IMG/VR virus record: IMGVR_UViG_3300043446_002688
Source of the DNA: a virus
Length of the DNA: 64,000 bases
Strand: one strand, 5' to 3'
Shown: in pieces, positions 10,868-21,938 of the stretch
Numbering within the stretch: the stretch's first letter is position 1
How the letters are laid out: every line of letters starts with the position of its first letter
Translations under genes and position numbers: made by a program
The notes under the pieces: model-generated
Told to the model about the DNA's origin: nothing
Seen by the model: only the letters and a program-made list of their open reading frames with translations
The model's database searches: none

Positions 10868-13660
10868 ATGGCTAATACAGTTTCACTTTTAAGTTATGCA
10901 AACACCTTTGGTGAATGGGTTGTTAACACAAACACTCTTGCAAAAGAGAACAATGACCTTGCTGCAAACAACTACACAAAAACCACAGGAACTCTGTTCT
11001 TAAATGATAACTCTCTTGGTCTACAAGTTGCCAATAATTCTATTTTTGGCGGACAATTCCAGGTACAAGGTATAGGTTCTTCTGCATATGTACAAAACAA
11101 CCTGAGAGTTGACGGCCAAGTTTATTTTACCAACACAACACTAGGTCTAACCAATACAGGACAAGCAAACATTGGTGGTCCTCTACTTGCTTTAGGTTTA
11201 AACACAGGTTTGACAGTTGCCAATACCGCAAACGTTGGTCGCAACCTAAATGTTACAGGAAATACCACAGTTGGTGGTAACTCTAGTGTTGTTGGTGATT
11301 CCCATTTATATACAGTAACTGCCACAGGTGCTGTGCGTGTTGCAAACAATATATCCGTTACACAAAATGCATACATTGATGGTTCATCTTTTGCTGACCA
11401 CTATTATGCAAACATTGATGTTGTGTCGCCACGAATTGTGGTAACAAATGCTGTATATGGTCCAACCGCACGAGCCGACTTTGATATTTTTTATGCAAAT
11501 ACAACAACATTATCCGTTGCATATATTACAACATTACAAGCAAACTCATCTATTAACACACAGACATTAAATGCCAGAACATTTTATGCACAATCTGTTT
11601 CTACACCAAGTGCAAATGTGACCGGTTTAATTGATGCTAATAATGCAACAGCATACATTAATAACCTACAAACAAATGGTCAGTTGAGTGTTGGTGGTAA
11701 TTTTGTTATCAATGGTGCAACAATATACAACTCAAATGAATTTACAATTAATGCTGGTTCAACTACAGGACAATATAGTTCATTTATTGTAAATCGTGGT
11801 ACTGACGGTTCAAATGCCGCAATTCGTTGGAATCAACCACTTGGTTATTGGGACATTAAAAATGTTACATCAAACACATTCTATCGAGTTGTAACAAACG
11901 AATATATTAATGACACATTAACATCCACAAGTAATACAGATTTTGCCACAGCAAACGTTGCTAACACATTGAATAATGTTATTACTGCCGCAAATACATT
12001 CTTGCAGGCAGCAGTTGCATCAGCAGGTTCATATGCTAACTCAGGTTTCTTACATGCTAATGCAGCATTTGCAGCTGCAAACAATGTGGCACCACAGATT
12101 GCACCAGCATTTAGCCAAGCAAACGCAGCCTTCTCAAGAGCAAACACATCTGCAAATGCCATTTTAGGTACAACAGGTTCCGGAATCACACCAACAAGTG
12201 GTGGTATAACTTTTGCAAGTAATAACGGTGTTGTAATCTCAACACCAGGCGGTAACACAGCCTTCATTAGCACATCACAAGACCTAAGAACATCTGCAAC
12301 ACCAACCTTTGCAGGCCTAAGTCTATCTAATCCTTTGGCAGTAACACAAGGTGGTACTGGTGGTTCTTCTTCTACCGCAGCATTGATTAATCTATTACCA
12401 GATGCATCTAGTGCTCCAGCAGGTTACGTTCTTGCTACTGGTGGTGTTGGTAGTTATTATTGGGCAGCTGGTGGTTCAGGTGGCGGTGGCGGCGGCACAC
12501 AACCTGGTACCAGAATTAACACAACAAGATTGTTTCCAACTGTTAACACAAATCAAACAGTATTCACCACACCAACATATACAACCGGTACAGGTCAACT
12601 TAGAGTTTATATAGATGGTGTTCGTCAATATCCATCCGACTATACGGAAACAAATTCAACTTCTGTAACATTGGGTTCAACAATACCAGCTGGATCATCT
12701 TTAATGATTGAAGTAGATGCATACACATCATATGCATACTATGCGAATAACATTCCATTCACTTCACCATTTGGTGGAATCGTTACAACCGCAAACACAA
12801 TTCAGTTGGCAATACAGGATGTTGAGACTAGAAAAGCCACATTGGCATCACCAACATTTACTGGTTTAGTTAATGTGCCTACAGCACCAACAACCACAAG
12901 TAATACGGTTGTTGCATCAACTGCATATGTAACAAATCGTTTGGGTGACGGTGGCACATACGCACACAGCATTACAGGAAATGCAGGCACAGCCACTACA
13001 GCTGCTGCGGTACCTGCAAGTGGTATTACAGGCCAAACTGGTATGTGGACAAGTTCAGTTCGTCCAGGACCATATAGATTATATCGCCGTGATAACAACA
13101 GTGATTATTCTGTACAAACATATTGGACAGGTAGTTACTGGAGATTATATGGTTATAGTGGTGACACTGCTCACGCTGACACACATGTTGGTTATGCAGA
13201 TTCTGCTGGTAGTGCATCATCAGCATCAACAGCTAGCACAGCAAACGCATTGAACACTGGTAACAACTATCAGATGAATGCTTTGTGGGTTGGCTCAGGA
13301 TCACCATCTTATTCATCCAATGAAATAAAATCAGTTGGAAATATTACCGCTTATGTTTCAGACGAAAGATTAAAAAACAATCTGGGTAAAATTGAAAACG
13401 CATTAGATAAGATTGAACAACTGACAGGTTTCTATTATGAACTAAACGATGTTGCAAAAAGTCTTGGTTTAGAATCAAAAGGCCGTGAAGTTGGTGTGTC
13501 TGCACAGAAAGTGCAATTAGTCCAACCCGAAGCAGTAGCACCAGCACCAGTTGATGAAAATTATTTAACAGTTCGTTATGAAAGATTGGTTCCACTTATT
13601 ATTGAAGCAATCAAAGAATTGAAATCAGAAGTCGAAGTGTTAAAAGGACAAATTAAATGA
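10868..13660 (+). CDS. Tail fibre with C-terminal peptidase S74 intramolecular chaperone (930 aa)
   Basis: C-terminal AYVSDERLKNNL...REVGVSAQKVQLVQPEAV...YLTVRYERLVPLIIEAIKELKSEVEVLK is a classic S74 autocleaving chaperone. N-terminus NTFGEWVVNTN is typical of a baseplate anchor. Confidence 0.85.
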   Translation: MANTVSLLSYANTFGEWVVNTNTLAKENNDLAANNYTKTTGTLFLNDNSLGLQVANNSIFGGQFQVQGIGSSAYVQNNLRVDGQVYFTNTTLGLTNTGQANIGGPLLALGLNTGLTVANTANVGRNLNVTGNTTVGGNSSVVGDSHLYTVTATGAVRVANNISVTQNAYIDGSSFADHYYANIDVVSPRIVVTNAVYGPTARADFDIFYANTTTLSVAYITTLQANSSINTQTLNARTFYAQSVSTPSANVTGLIDANNATAYINNLQTNGQLSVGGNFVINGATIYNSNEFTINAGSTTGQYSSFIVNRGTDGSNAAIRWNQPLGYWDIKNVTSNTFYRVVTNEYINDTLTSTSNTDFATANVANTLNNVITAANTFLQAAVASAGSYANSGFLHANAAFAAANNVAPQIAPAFSQANAAFSRANTSANAILGTTGSGITPTSGGITFASNNGVVISTPGGNTAFISTSQDLRTSATPTFAGLSLSNPLAVTQGGTGGSSSTAALINLLPDASSAPAGYVLATGGVGSYYWAAGGSGGGGGGTQPGTRINTTRLFPTVNTNQTVFTTPTYTTGTGQLRVYIDGVRQYPSDYTETNSTSVTLGSTIPAGSSLMIEVDAYTSYAYYANNIPFTSPFGGIVTTANTIQLAIQDVETRKATLASPTFTGLVNVPTAPTTTSNTVVASTAYVTNRLGDGGTYAHSITGNAGTATTAAAVPASGITGQTGMWTSSVRPGPYRLYRRDNNSDYSVQTYWTGSYWRLYGYSGDTAHADTHVGYADSAGSASSASTASTANALNTGNNYQMNALWVGSGSPSYSSNEIKSVGNITAYVSDERLKNNLGKIENALDKIEQLTGFYYELNDVAKSLGLESKGREVGVSAQKVQLVQPEAVAPAPVDENYLTVRYERLVPLIIEAIKELKSEVEVLKGQIK

Positions 13661-14343
13661 CAACAAAAGTAAAACCATCAGTACTAGCAGACACCGCAGT
13701 AACAGCAGGTACATATGGTGGTTCAACACAACACACAGTATTTACAGTTGACGAACAAGGTCGGTTGACATATGCAGCCAATGCCACACCAAGTATTGCA
13801 ACTTCACAGTTGACTGGTACTATTTCCGCAACGCAGGTAGCAAATAACCAAACATATGGTATCAATGTTAGTGGTAACTCCGGCACTGTGACAAATGGTG
13901 TATATACCAGTGGTTCTTACTCCGATCCTTCATGGTTAACAATTTCAAAATCTAAGGTTGGCCTAGGTAATGTAGACAATACAGCTGATGCCAGCAAGAG
14001 TGTGAGTTATGCAGCAACCGCAGGCACCGCAGGCAATGGTGGTGTAACATCAGTTAACGGAAGCACAGGTGCTGTAACTGTTAACGTGGCAGCTACAACC
14101 GCAGGGTTGGCAGTAGGTGCTATTGGATCATATGCACTTTTGTATACTGGTCCATCAACCGGTGGAATAGAAGGAGCTCTAATTGCAGGTTCCAATCTCT
14201 ATTATGCTGCAGCGAATGACGGTAACAGTAGTAGTAGGAATGTACAACCATCAGGAACCTGGAGAAGAATGGGTGTATCTTCTGGTCCCGGTGGTGCTTC
14301 TGGTTATGGTACATTTACAACCGTTTATTTAAGAGTGTCTTAA
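13657..14343 (+). CDS. Short tail fibre / receptor-binding tip protein (228 aa)
   Basis: N-terminal AVTAGTYGG..TVDEQGRLT shaft motif and C-terminal GAIGSYALLY...PSGTWRRMG tip motif. Followed by a Tfa-like chaperone. Confidence 0.7.
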   Translation: MTTKVKPSVLADTAVTAGTYGGSTQHTVFTVDEQGRLTYAANATPSIATSQLTGTISATQVANNQTYGINVSGNSGTVTNGVYTSGSYSDPSWLTISKSKVGLGNVDNTADASKSVSYAATAGTAGNGGVTSVNGSTGAVTVNVAATTAGLAVGAIGSYALLYTGPSTGGIEGALIAGSNLYYAAANDGNSSSRNVQPSGTWRRMGVSSGPGGASGYGTFTTVYLRVS

Positions 14344-14357
14344 TAGGAAATTAATTT

Positions 14358-14747
14358 ATGAAATTGAAATACGCAAAAAATCCAAAATGGATGAACGAAG
14401 AAAAAACATTGATTGATGTTGTCGTTCGTTTTGAGGAAATAGAGGAAGAATTGCCATTCACAGCCAACAAAAATGATGTTGAGGAACATGGGCGCAACAT
14501 ATTTGAATTGTGTGTTGCAGGACAATTCGGAAAAATTCAAGATTATATTCCTCCAACAAGAGAACAATTATCATTCCATATAAAAATCAAAAGAGACACA
14601 CTATTAAATAATACAGATTGGACACAGTTGCCGGATGTTGCAGAAGAAACAAAACAAAAGTGGTCCACATATCGTCAAGCTCTAAGGGATATTACTAAAC
14701 AAGAAGGTTATCCAAAAAATGTCACTTGGCCGACAGAACCAACATAA
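14358..14747 (+). CDS. Tail fibre assembly chaperone (Tfa / Phage_tail_APC-like)
   Basis: C-terminal KRDTLLNNTDWTQLPDV...WSTYRQALRDITKQEGYPKNVTWPTEP; AGGA RBS upstream. Confidence 0.85.
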   Translation: MKLKYAKNPKWMNEEKTLIDVVVRFEEIEEELPFTANKNDVEEHGRNIFELCVAGQFGKIQDYIPPTREQLSFHIKIKRDTLLNNTDWTQLPDVAEETKQKWSTYRQALRDITKQEGYPKNVTWPTEPT

Positions 14748-14768
14748 CATTTTATTTTTGGTATGTCT

Positions 14769-14776
14769 TATAAATA
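14769..14776 (+). promoter_or_regulatory. T4-type late promoter TATAAATA
   Basis: Exact consensus, intergenic, 23 nt before the ATG at 14800. Confidence 0.8.
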
Positions 14777-14799
14777 ATACAATAATATAAAGATAAAAA

Positions 14800-15153
14800 A
14801 TGGCCGCAGGATATCAAAATTTATACTTAGAACAGGGCGCCACATTTGAAATTTCGATTGCACTAGATGATGTATATGGCAACAACTATGATTTGACAGG
14901 CGCAACAGCCAAAAGTCAAATAAGAAAATCATATTATTCTGCAAACACAACTGCGGAATTCACAAGCACGATTGATGTAACTTCAGGTACCATTGCACTA
15001 TCACTTTCTTCAACGACAACCGCAAACATTGCACCAGGTCGTTATCTGTATGATGCGGCCATTTCTATTCCTGGTGTTCCTGGAACCGCAAACACGGTCA
15101 TTCGTGTGTTAGAAGGCACCATGGATGTTTCACCTAGAGTAACAAGGTTCTAA
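14800..15153 (+). CDS. Conserved virion structural protein (117 aa, BppU-like beta-sandwich)
   Basis: NLYLEQGATF...GTIALSLSSTTTANIAPGRYLYD...RVLEGTMDVSPRVT resembles a family common in T4-like aquatic phages. Confidence 0.65.
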   Translation: MAAGYQNLYLEQGATFEISIALDDVYGNNYDLTGATAKSQIRKSYYSANTTAEFTSTIDVTSGTIALSLSSTTTANIAPGRYLYDAAISIPGVPGTANTVIRVLEGTMDVSPRVTRF

Positions 15154-15154
15154 A

Positions 15155-15376
15155 ATGGCAACAACACCTCCATCCACAGTACGTGTTACCATAGGACAAA
15201 ACAATCCTTCCGTAACATCTTTAAGTTATGGTACCAGAACACTAAAGAGTGCTTCTGATTTAAGTTTGACGAACGCACAAGATGGGTTCCCAATCATTTA
15301 TCGTGCAAACACAAATAGTTTTGTGGTTGGTCCTGCTACTGCCGAAATTCTTACAATTGATAACGGGTTCTTCTAA
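15155..15376 (+). CDS. Small structural protein (73 aa)
   Basis: Translationally coupled to the next gene (TAATG); ends in IDNGFF. Confidence 0.6.
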   Translation: MATTPPSTVRVTIGQNNPSVTSLSYGTRTLKSASDLSLTNAQDGFPIIYRANTNSFVVGPATAEILTIDNGFF

Positions 15377-17853
15377 TGGCAAATACCAGTACCATACAGA
15401 TACTAAGGTCTTATGCAAACACCGCACCGACATTCCTGTATGACGGTCAGTTAGCTTACTCTTTTGTAAACGACACATTATACATTGGTAATACTGCACA
15501 GAATGTTCGTGCAATCGGTGGTAATAACTTTGTAGGTCTAACATTAGGTGCATACAATAGAGCCAACTCAGCAGCAAACGTTGCACAACTTGCATTTGAT
15601 ACTGCTAATGCGGCAGGCACAAGTTCAACAGTTAATGCCGCCTTCTTACAAGCCAACTCATCATTCAGACACGCTAACGCTGGTTATACACAAGCTAACA
15701 CAGCAACAACATTAGCACAGGCAGCATTCAACGCAGCAAATACAGGTGCTGTTGCACAATCAGCATTCACACAAGCTAATGCAGCATTTAATACCGCCAA
15801 TAGTGCAGGTGCCGGTATCATAGAATTGTCTAATATTGATGCATACCAAAACGGTGTCATTTCTGCGGTAAATACTTTCGCAGGGGCAGCATTCAATAAG
15901 GCCAACGGTGCAATTGCAAATACTGGTGGTACAATCACTGGTTCTTTGAATGTTACAAGCGACCTTTCTGTAACAGGTTCATTGACAATTTTAGGTAATA
16001 CATTTACTGTTAATGCAACCGATTTATATGTAAATGATTCCTTAATACACCTTGCAAATAATAATGTCACAGATGTTGTTGACATTGGTGTTATTGGTCA
16101 ATATAATAATGGCACAACAAATGCTACAACAGGTATAATCCGTGATGCTACCTTGAAAGAATTTATATTCTTCCAAGGTTATACCGCAAGAATATCATCC
16201 AACAACCTAATTAATATTGCACATCCAACATTTGCATATGCAAACGTATATGCATCTACTTTCAAAGGTAATGTTGTTGCAAATACAGTATTTGTTGGTG
16301 GTATTAATGTACAACCATTCTTAACATCTTCTTTTAATCAGGCAAATACTGCATCCAATAATGCTACAAGTGCGGGTTTGTATGCCAACGGTGCATTTGT
16401 ACAGGCTAATGCTGCGTACACACAGGCAAATACTGCCACAACTAATGCACTGGCAGCCAGTTCCTATGCCAATTCTGCATATGCAGCTGCCAATTCAGCA
16501 TCTTCTGGTGGTACATTGGCTGTGGCCGCATTTATACAGGCCAATGCTGCATTTGCATCAGGCAATACAAATGCCAATAATATAACCGTAGCTGGTTCTT
16601 ATGCTAACTCAGCATTCACTAGAGCAAATAGTGCATTTGCTGCTGCAAACAATGTTGAAGTTTTAACTGGTGTTGCATACGACACCGGTGCAGCAGCACA
16701 AGTTACTGCAAACAAGGCTTACGCTCATGCAAATGCTGCGTTTGATAAGGCAAATACTGGTGCAACACCCGCAACAACAGACCAATATGCCAGAGATACT
16801 GCGAACATTGCTTATATCAAAGCAGATTCTGGTCAATTATATGCTAACGGTGCCTTCATTCAGGCAAATGCTGCGTTCGCAGCGGCCAATGCTGCATCTT
16901 CTGGTGGCACATTAGCTGCATCAGCATTTATACAAGCAAACGCAGCATTCTTACATTCAAATTCAACTGCATCTAATGTTGCAACAGTTGGAATATATGC
17001 CAATGGTGCCTTCATACAGGCCAATGCAGTATACAGTTTCGCAAATACAACCGCAAACAACTCCGTGTCTGCCAGTTTATATGCCAACGGTGCATTTATA
17101 CAAGCCAATGCTGCGTTTGGAAGTCAAAATGTAACCGGCACTTATGCCAATTCAGCATATGCTGCGGCAAACTCAGCTGGTGTATATGCAAACGGTGCGT
17201 TCTTAAAGGCCAATGCAGCACAGACTCATGCTCAAGCAGCATTTAATACTGCAAACACCACTGGTTCAAGTATCATTGAACTAACAAACATTGAAACATA
17301 TCAGAATACTACAATCAGTAATCTGAATACATATGCACAAGCAGGTTATGCAACTGCAAACTCAGGCGCTTTGTATGCAAATGGTGCATTTGTACAGGCT
17401 AATGCTGCCTTCTTTGTTGCCAATAATGCTTTACCATTATCTGGTGGTACAATTACAGGTGCGTTGACAGTACAAGGTCAAACCACATTACAAGCAAACA
17501 CTTATGCAGTACACTTCTTACCTGCAGCAAACGTAACTTATGATTTAGGTTCTCCTACAAGACGATGGAGAAAATTGTGGATTGCTGGTAATACCATTGA
17601 CTTGGGTGGCGCACAAATTTCCGCAGAAGGTGGTGCAATCTCTCTTGCAAGTGATACTGGTGCATCATTCACAGTATCAGGTACAGCAGGTTCAAGTCTA
17701 GGTAACTTTGGTGCAATCGTGGCAAATTCACAGATTGCTTCTACTAACACCACATCAGGTACAATTGTTGTTGATGGTGGTATTGGTGCAACAGGTAATG
17801 TAATTTTAGGTGGTACACTCCGAGCTAATTTGATTTCCGGTGGCATGTTCTAA
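15376..17853 (+). CDS. Coiled-coil fibre protein, Mtd_N-like N-terminus, ANAAF repeats (825 aa)
   Basis: N-terminal TIQILRS...DGQLAYS..DTLYIG; extensive QANAAF/ANSAY heptads. Confidence 0.7.
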   Translation: MANTSTIQILRSYANTAPTFLYDGQLAYSFVNDTLYIGNTAQNVRAIGGNNFVGLTLGAYNRANSAANVAQLAFDTANAAGTSSTVNAAFLQANSSFRHANAGYTQANTATTLAQAAFNAANTGAVAQSAFTQANAAFNTANSAGAGIIELSNIDAYQNGVISAVNTFAGAAFNKANGAIANTGGTITGSLNVTSDLSVTGSLTILGNTFTVNATDLYVNDSLIHLANNNVTDVVDIGVIGQYNNGTTNATTGIIRDATLKEFIFFQGYTARISSNNLINIAHPTFAYANVYASTFKGNVVANTVFVGGINVQPFLTSSFNQANTASNNATSAGLYANGAFVQANAAYTQANTATTNALAASSYANSAYAAANSASSGGTLAVAAFIQANAAFASGNTNANNITVAGSYANSAFTRANSAFAAANNVEVLTGVAYDTGAAAQVTANKAYAHANAAFDKANTGATPATTDQYARDTANIAYIKADSGQLYANGAFIQANAAFAAANAASSGGTLAASAFIQANAAFLHSNSTASNVATVGIYANGAFIQANAVYSFANTTANNSVSASLYANGAFIQANAAFGSQNVTGTYANSAYAAANSAGVYANGAFLKANAAQTHAQAAFNTANTTGSSIIELTNIETYQNTTISNLNTYAQAGYATANSGALYANGAFVQANAAFFVANNALPLSGGTITGALTVQGQTTLQANTYAVHFLPAANVTYDLGSPTRRWRKLWIAGNTIDLGGAQISAEGGAISLASDTGASFTVSGTAGSSLGNFGAIVANSQIASTNTTSGTIVVDGGIGATGNVILGGTLRANLISGGMF

Positions 17854-17856
17854 ATA
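17850..17856 (+). promoter_or_regulatory. Late promoter candidate CTAAATA
   Basis: TAAATA core overlapping the upstream stop codon, 30 nt before the ATG at 17887. Confidence 0.55.
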
Positions 17857-17886
17857 TAAGATAATTATTTTAAGAGTAAGGTAACA

Positions 17887-20800
17887 ATGGCACAAGCCAA
17901 TTCAACCCCGATTCAGTTATACTATTCAAATACCAGTGGTAATCAACCATTGGCAAGTACGCTTATTCCCGGTGAATTAGCAATTAACATAATGGATGGA
18001 AAGTTATTCTTCCTAGATGGAAATAACTCTGTCAATTTAATTGCCACTCGTGCTGCAACATCAGGTGAATTCCCTCAAGTAAGATTTACAGGCGACAGTA
18101 CAATTCAAGTAACTGCTGCTGCGCCTTATGCCTACTCAAACGCATCTTTCTTAAAAGCAAACTCTGCTTACGCCAGTCAAAATACAACTGGTGTATATGC
18201 CAACTCGGCATTTGACCGTGCCAACACAGGAATATCAAATGCAGGTGGTGCATCCTTATATGCCAACGGAGCATTCACACAGTCCAACGCAGCATTCATT
18301 ACTGCAAACAACAATACACAAAGTATCACCGCACTGCAAGGTGTAGACTTAACACAGAATACTAATATCACCAACACTTTGACATTTGCGGGCAAGGCTT
18401 TTGACCAAGCAAATACAAATGCGTTGAACATTATTAATATACAAGGTGTTGATGCAAAACAAAATACAGATATTGCATATGCTAATGCTCATGCTGAAGC
18501 TGCGTATGCATATGCAAATACTTTGGCTGGTGGTACCGCATCTGACGGTGTTGCTAGAACAACTGCAACAGCAGCTTTCATACAAGCAAACTCTGCATAT
18601 GCAAAGGCAAACGCAGCAGTAGCAAACACATCAACAATTACTGTTGCAGGTTCATTAACTGTACCTGGTCAAGCAAACGTATTCCAAAGACTTGCTGTTG
18701 GTACAGGTTCATACCAAATATTACCTAACCTGATTGCACAATTTACTGGTACATCAGATTACTATTCACAAGTTAACCAACAGAACCTATCAGATAAAGG
18801 TACAAGCGACTTTGTTTTGACTGCTGATAATGGTACCGACAATGTTAACTATGCAGACTTTGGTTTTGCTGGTAGCAATTACGATAACACCACACCTAAT
18901 GCATTTAGTTTCGTAAAACCAAACGATGGTTACATGATGGTTGTTGGCAATCCAGGTCAAAACTATGGCGGTAATATATACTTTGGTACAACAGGTTCAT
19001 CAGCTTATGCAGATATTGTTTTTATTCAAGGTTCTGGTTATGATGAGGTTGCAAGATTTAAGAACGGTGATAAATTAGAAGTCTATCGTCCTTTGGTTGC
19101 AAATAGTTTCACCACAAAAGATGGTGTAAACGTTATCACATACACTAATACAGCCAACACATACTTACAAACTCTTATTTCAGGTAAAGTAAGTAAGTCT
19201 GGTGATACAATCAATGGTGTTTTGACCGTAAGTAACACAACAAGTGCAAACGCATTGGTTGTTACTGGTAATGTGGTTATTTCTCAAGACTTACGTGTAT
19301 CCGGTAACTTGTATTTGGGTGGCAATGCAACCACTATCACTTCAAACAATCTGACACTAACCGATTCATTAATTTATCTTGCTGATAATAATCCTTCAGA
19401 CCTTGTTGACATTGGTTTCGTTGGTGCATACAATGATGGCACATACAAACACACAGGTTTGGCTCGTGACCATTCAGATGGCAAATGGAAATTATTTAAT
19501 TCTGTAACAGATGAGCCTACCACGACAATCAATTTTGGCCAAGCAACATATGGTACATTAAAAGTTGGTGGATTAGAATCAAATACCGCAATCATCAAAG
19601 GTGTTAACCTATTTGATTACGCAAATACAATACACACACATGCAAATGCGGCATTCATCAGAGCAAATGCAGTTGTACAATCTGTAACAGTTGTTTCTAC
19701 GAGCAGACTTGCACAAAGCGCAACAACAGGCAATCTAACAATCGACCTTGCAACATCAGGTGTAATTGGTGGTACATATAGTTACCCAGAAATTAGTGTT
19801 GATGCTTATGGTCGTGTTACTTCTATTGGTAACCAAACACCAGTTACAACATTCAACACTAGAAGTGGTGCAGTTACATTATCATCAGCAGATGTTACAA
19901 CTGCATTAACATTTACACCAGAAAATGCAGCATCAGCGGTAGCCAACTTGGCACTGATTGCAGGTATAAATGCATCACAAAATACGGATATATCAGGCGC
20001 ACTTGATGCTGGTTTAACAGGTCAAGTTATTGCCTTGGGTGCATTTGGCCAAGCAAACTCTGCTGCATCTTATGCCAATTCAGGTTTTACTGCTGCAAAC
20101 TCAGCGGGTTCATACGCCAATTCATCATTTACTACTGCAAACGCTGCATATACTTTATCGACAGTTGGTATTGCAGATGCGTTATCTGCAAGCACATACG
20201 CAAATGCATCATTCGTAAAAGCAAACTCATCATATTCTAGCCAGAATGTAACTGGTACATATGCCAACTCGGCATACAACCAAGCAAACTCTGCTGCATC
20301 ATATGCAAATAGTTCTTTTGTTAAGGCCAACTCAGCATACTTTAGTCAGAACACAACAGGAACATATGCCAACTCAGCATATGATAAGGCTAATGCAGCA
20401 TTTATATTGGCACAAGGTGCATATGATACTGCCAATGCAGGTGTAACTGCTGCGTTCGCATTTGAAAAGGCTAATGCTGCTTTCTTAAAGGCAAACTCTG
20501 CATATGAATCTCAGAATGTAACTGGCATATATGCAAACAACTCTTACACTCAGGCAAATACAGCAACGAATAATGCTGCAAGTGCATCTTTATATGCCAA
20601 TGCTGCGTTCTTAAAGGCAAATTCAGCCTATGCATCACAGAATGTAACAGGAACATATGCTAATGCTGCATACTCACAAGCAAACTCTGGTACGATTCTA
20701 GCACAGGCAGCATTTGCTTTCGCCAATAACATTGCCATCGGTTCAAACTTCTTAACAACACTTACATACAAGGTCGATAGTTTTGTTGGTGATGGTACAA

Positions 20801-21936
20801 CTACAAGTTTTGTTTTGGCTGATGCTCCAGTTGGTGCAAATAATATCAGCATCAACTACAACGGTGCAACAGTACTAAAGAGTGACTTCACTCTCGTAAA
20901 CAAGACTGTAACATTCTCTAGCCCACCGGCAAACAATGCTAAGATAGAAATTACCACTGCTGTGCCTTTAGTCAATGAGAGTTACTTCAGCAACTCTACC
21001 ATTTCTATACAGTTTGCAAACGACAATTCAAACTCAGCATACATTCATGCTAATGCGGCGTTTACTCAGGCAAACTCAACAATTAGTGCAGCTGCAGGTC
21101 CATCCTTGTATGCCAACGGTGCCTTCATACAGGCAAATGCGGCATACACAAATTCAAATACTGCCAATAGTAATGCGATAACCGCAGGTTCATATGCTAA
21201 CTCTGCTTTCTCTAGAGCAAACACCGCAGCAAATGATGGTGCAGGTGCATCTTTATATGCCAATGGTGCTTTTGTACAGGCTAATGCCGCATACTCAAGT
21301 CAAAATACAACAGGCACATATGCCAACTCAGCATACACTCAGGCAAATACTGGTGTAACAAATGCTGCGACTGCTGATTCTAAAGCAGTGTCAGCAGGTT
21401 CATATGCCAACTCAGCATTTGCTGTGGCAAACTCAGCATCAACATATGCAAATGGTGCCTTCTTACAGGCCAACTCAGCATATGCAGCAGTTAATGCAAT
21501 ATCAAATTCAATTTCTTCATCAAATGTTATTGCATCTAGTGTCTATGCAGGCAGTCTATTTGTTTCTGGTTGGACAACACTGACAGAAACAACAGAACTG
21601 TTAGCAACAAAAACTGGTGGCACAGGCACAGTTGTTCATAATTTGAATGAAGGTACAATTTTCTATCATAGTTCTATTGCAGCAAATATGACTGCAAACT
21701 TTACAAATGTACCAACAACAAACGAAAGAGTTACATCTGTCGCATTGATTCTGGATCAAGGAACATCACCATTCTATGCAAGTGTTGTACAGATTGATGG
21801 TGCATCTCAAACAATTAAGTGGTTAAATAACCAAACACCAACATTATATCCAAATAAAACACAAATAGAAACACTAACATTGATAAGAGTTGGTAACGCA
21901 TGGGTCGTTACTGGTCAAATGGCTACTTATGGTTAA
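17887..21936 (+). CDS. Long coiled-coil fibre protein with Mtd_N-like N-terminus (1349 aa)
   Basis: N-terminal TPIQLYYSN...LIPGELAINIMDGKLFF; many ANSAY/ANAAF heptads; internal FVGDGTTTSFVL beta module; C-terminal beta-sandwich (ANFTNVP...IKWLNNQTP). Confidence 0.75.
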   Translation: MAQANSTPIQLYYSNTSGNQPLASTLIPGELAINIMDGKLFFLDGNNSVNLIATRAATSGEFPQVRFTGDSTIQVTAAAPYAYSNASFLKANSAYASQNTTGVYANSAFDRANTGISNAGGASLYANGAFTQSNAAFITANNNTQSITALQGVDLTQNTNITNTLTFAGKAFDQANTNALNIINIQGVDAKQNTDIAYANAHAEAAYAYANTLAGGTASDGVARTTATAAFIQANSAYAKANAAVANTSTITVAGSLTVPGQANVFQRLAVGTGSYQILPNLIAQFTGTSDYYSQVNQQNLSDKGTSDFVLTADNGTDNVNYADFGFAGSNYDNTTPNAFSFVKPNDGYMMVVGNPGQNYGGNIYFGTTGSSAYADIVFIQGSGYDEVARFKNGDKLEVYRPLVANSFTTKDGVNVITYTNTANTYLQTLISGKVSKSGDTINGVLTVSNTTSANALVVTGNVVISQDLRVSGNLYLGGNATTITSNNLTLTDSLIYLADNNPSDLVDIGFVGAYNDGTYKHTGLARDHSDGKWKLFNSVTDEPTTTINFGQATYGTLKVGGLESNTAIIKGVNLFDYANTIHTHANAAFIRANAVVQSVTVVSTSRLAQSATTGNLTIDLATSGVIGGTYSYPEISVDAYGRVTSIGNQTPVTTFNTRSGAVTLSSADVTTALTFTPENAASAVANLALIAGINASQNTDISGALDAGLTGQVIALGAFGQANSAASYANSGFTAANSAGSYANSSFTTANAAYTLSTVGIADALSASTYANASFVKANSSYSSQNVTGTYANSAYNQANSAASYANSSFVKANSAYFSQNTTGTYANSAYDKANAAFILAQGAYDTANAGVTAAFAFEKANAAFLKANSAYESQNVTGIYANNSYTQANTATNNAASASLYANAAFLKANSAYASQNVTGTYANAAYSQANSGTILAQAAFAFANNIAIGSNFLTTLTYKVDSFVGDGTTTSFVLADAPVGANNISINYNGATVLKSDFTLVNKTVTFSSPPANNAKIEITTAVPLVNESYFSNSTISIQFANDNSNSAYIHANAAFTQANSTISAAAGPSLYANGAFIQANAAYTNSNTANSNAITAGSYANSAFSRANTAANDGAGASLYANGAFVQANAAYSSQNTTGTYANSAYTQANTGVTNAATADSKAVSAGSYANSAFAVANSASTYANGAFLQANSAYAAVNAISNSISSSNVIASSVYAGSLFVSGWTTLTETTELLATKTGGTGTVVHNLNEGTIFYHSSIAANMTANFTNVPTTNERVTSVALILDQGTSPFYASVVQIDGASQTIKWLNNQTPTLYPNKTQIETLTLIRVGNAWVVTGQMATYG

Positions 21937-21938
21937 TT

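Noticed and set aside
21900-21938. Overlap or frameshift fusion between ORFs 17887 and 21900
   Set aside because: An ATG at 21939, directly after the upstream stop, removes the overlap, and no slippery site is evident.
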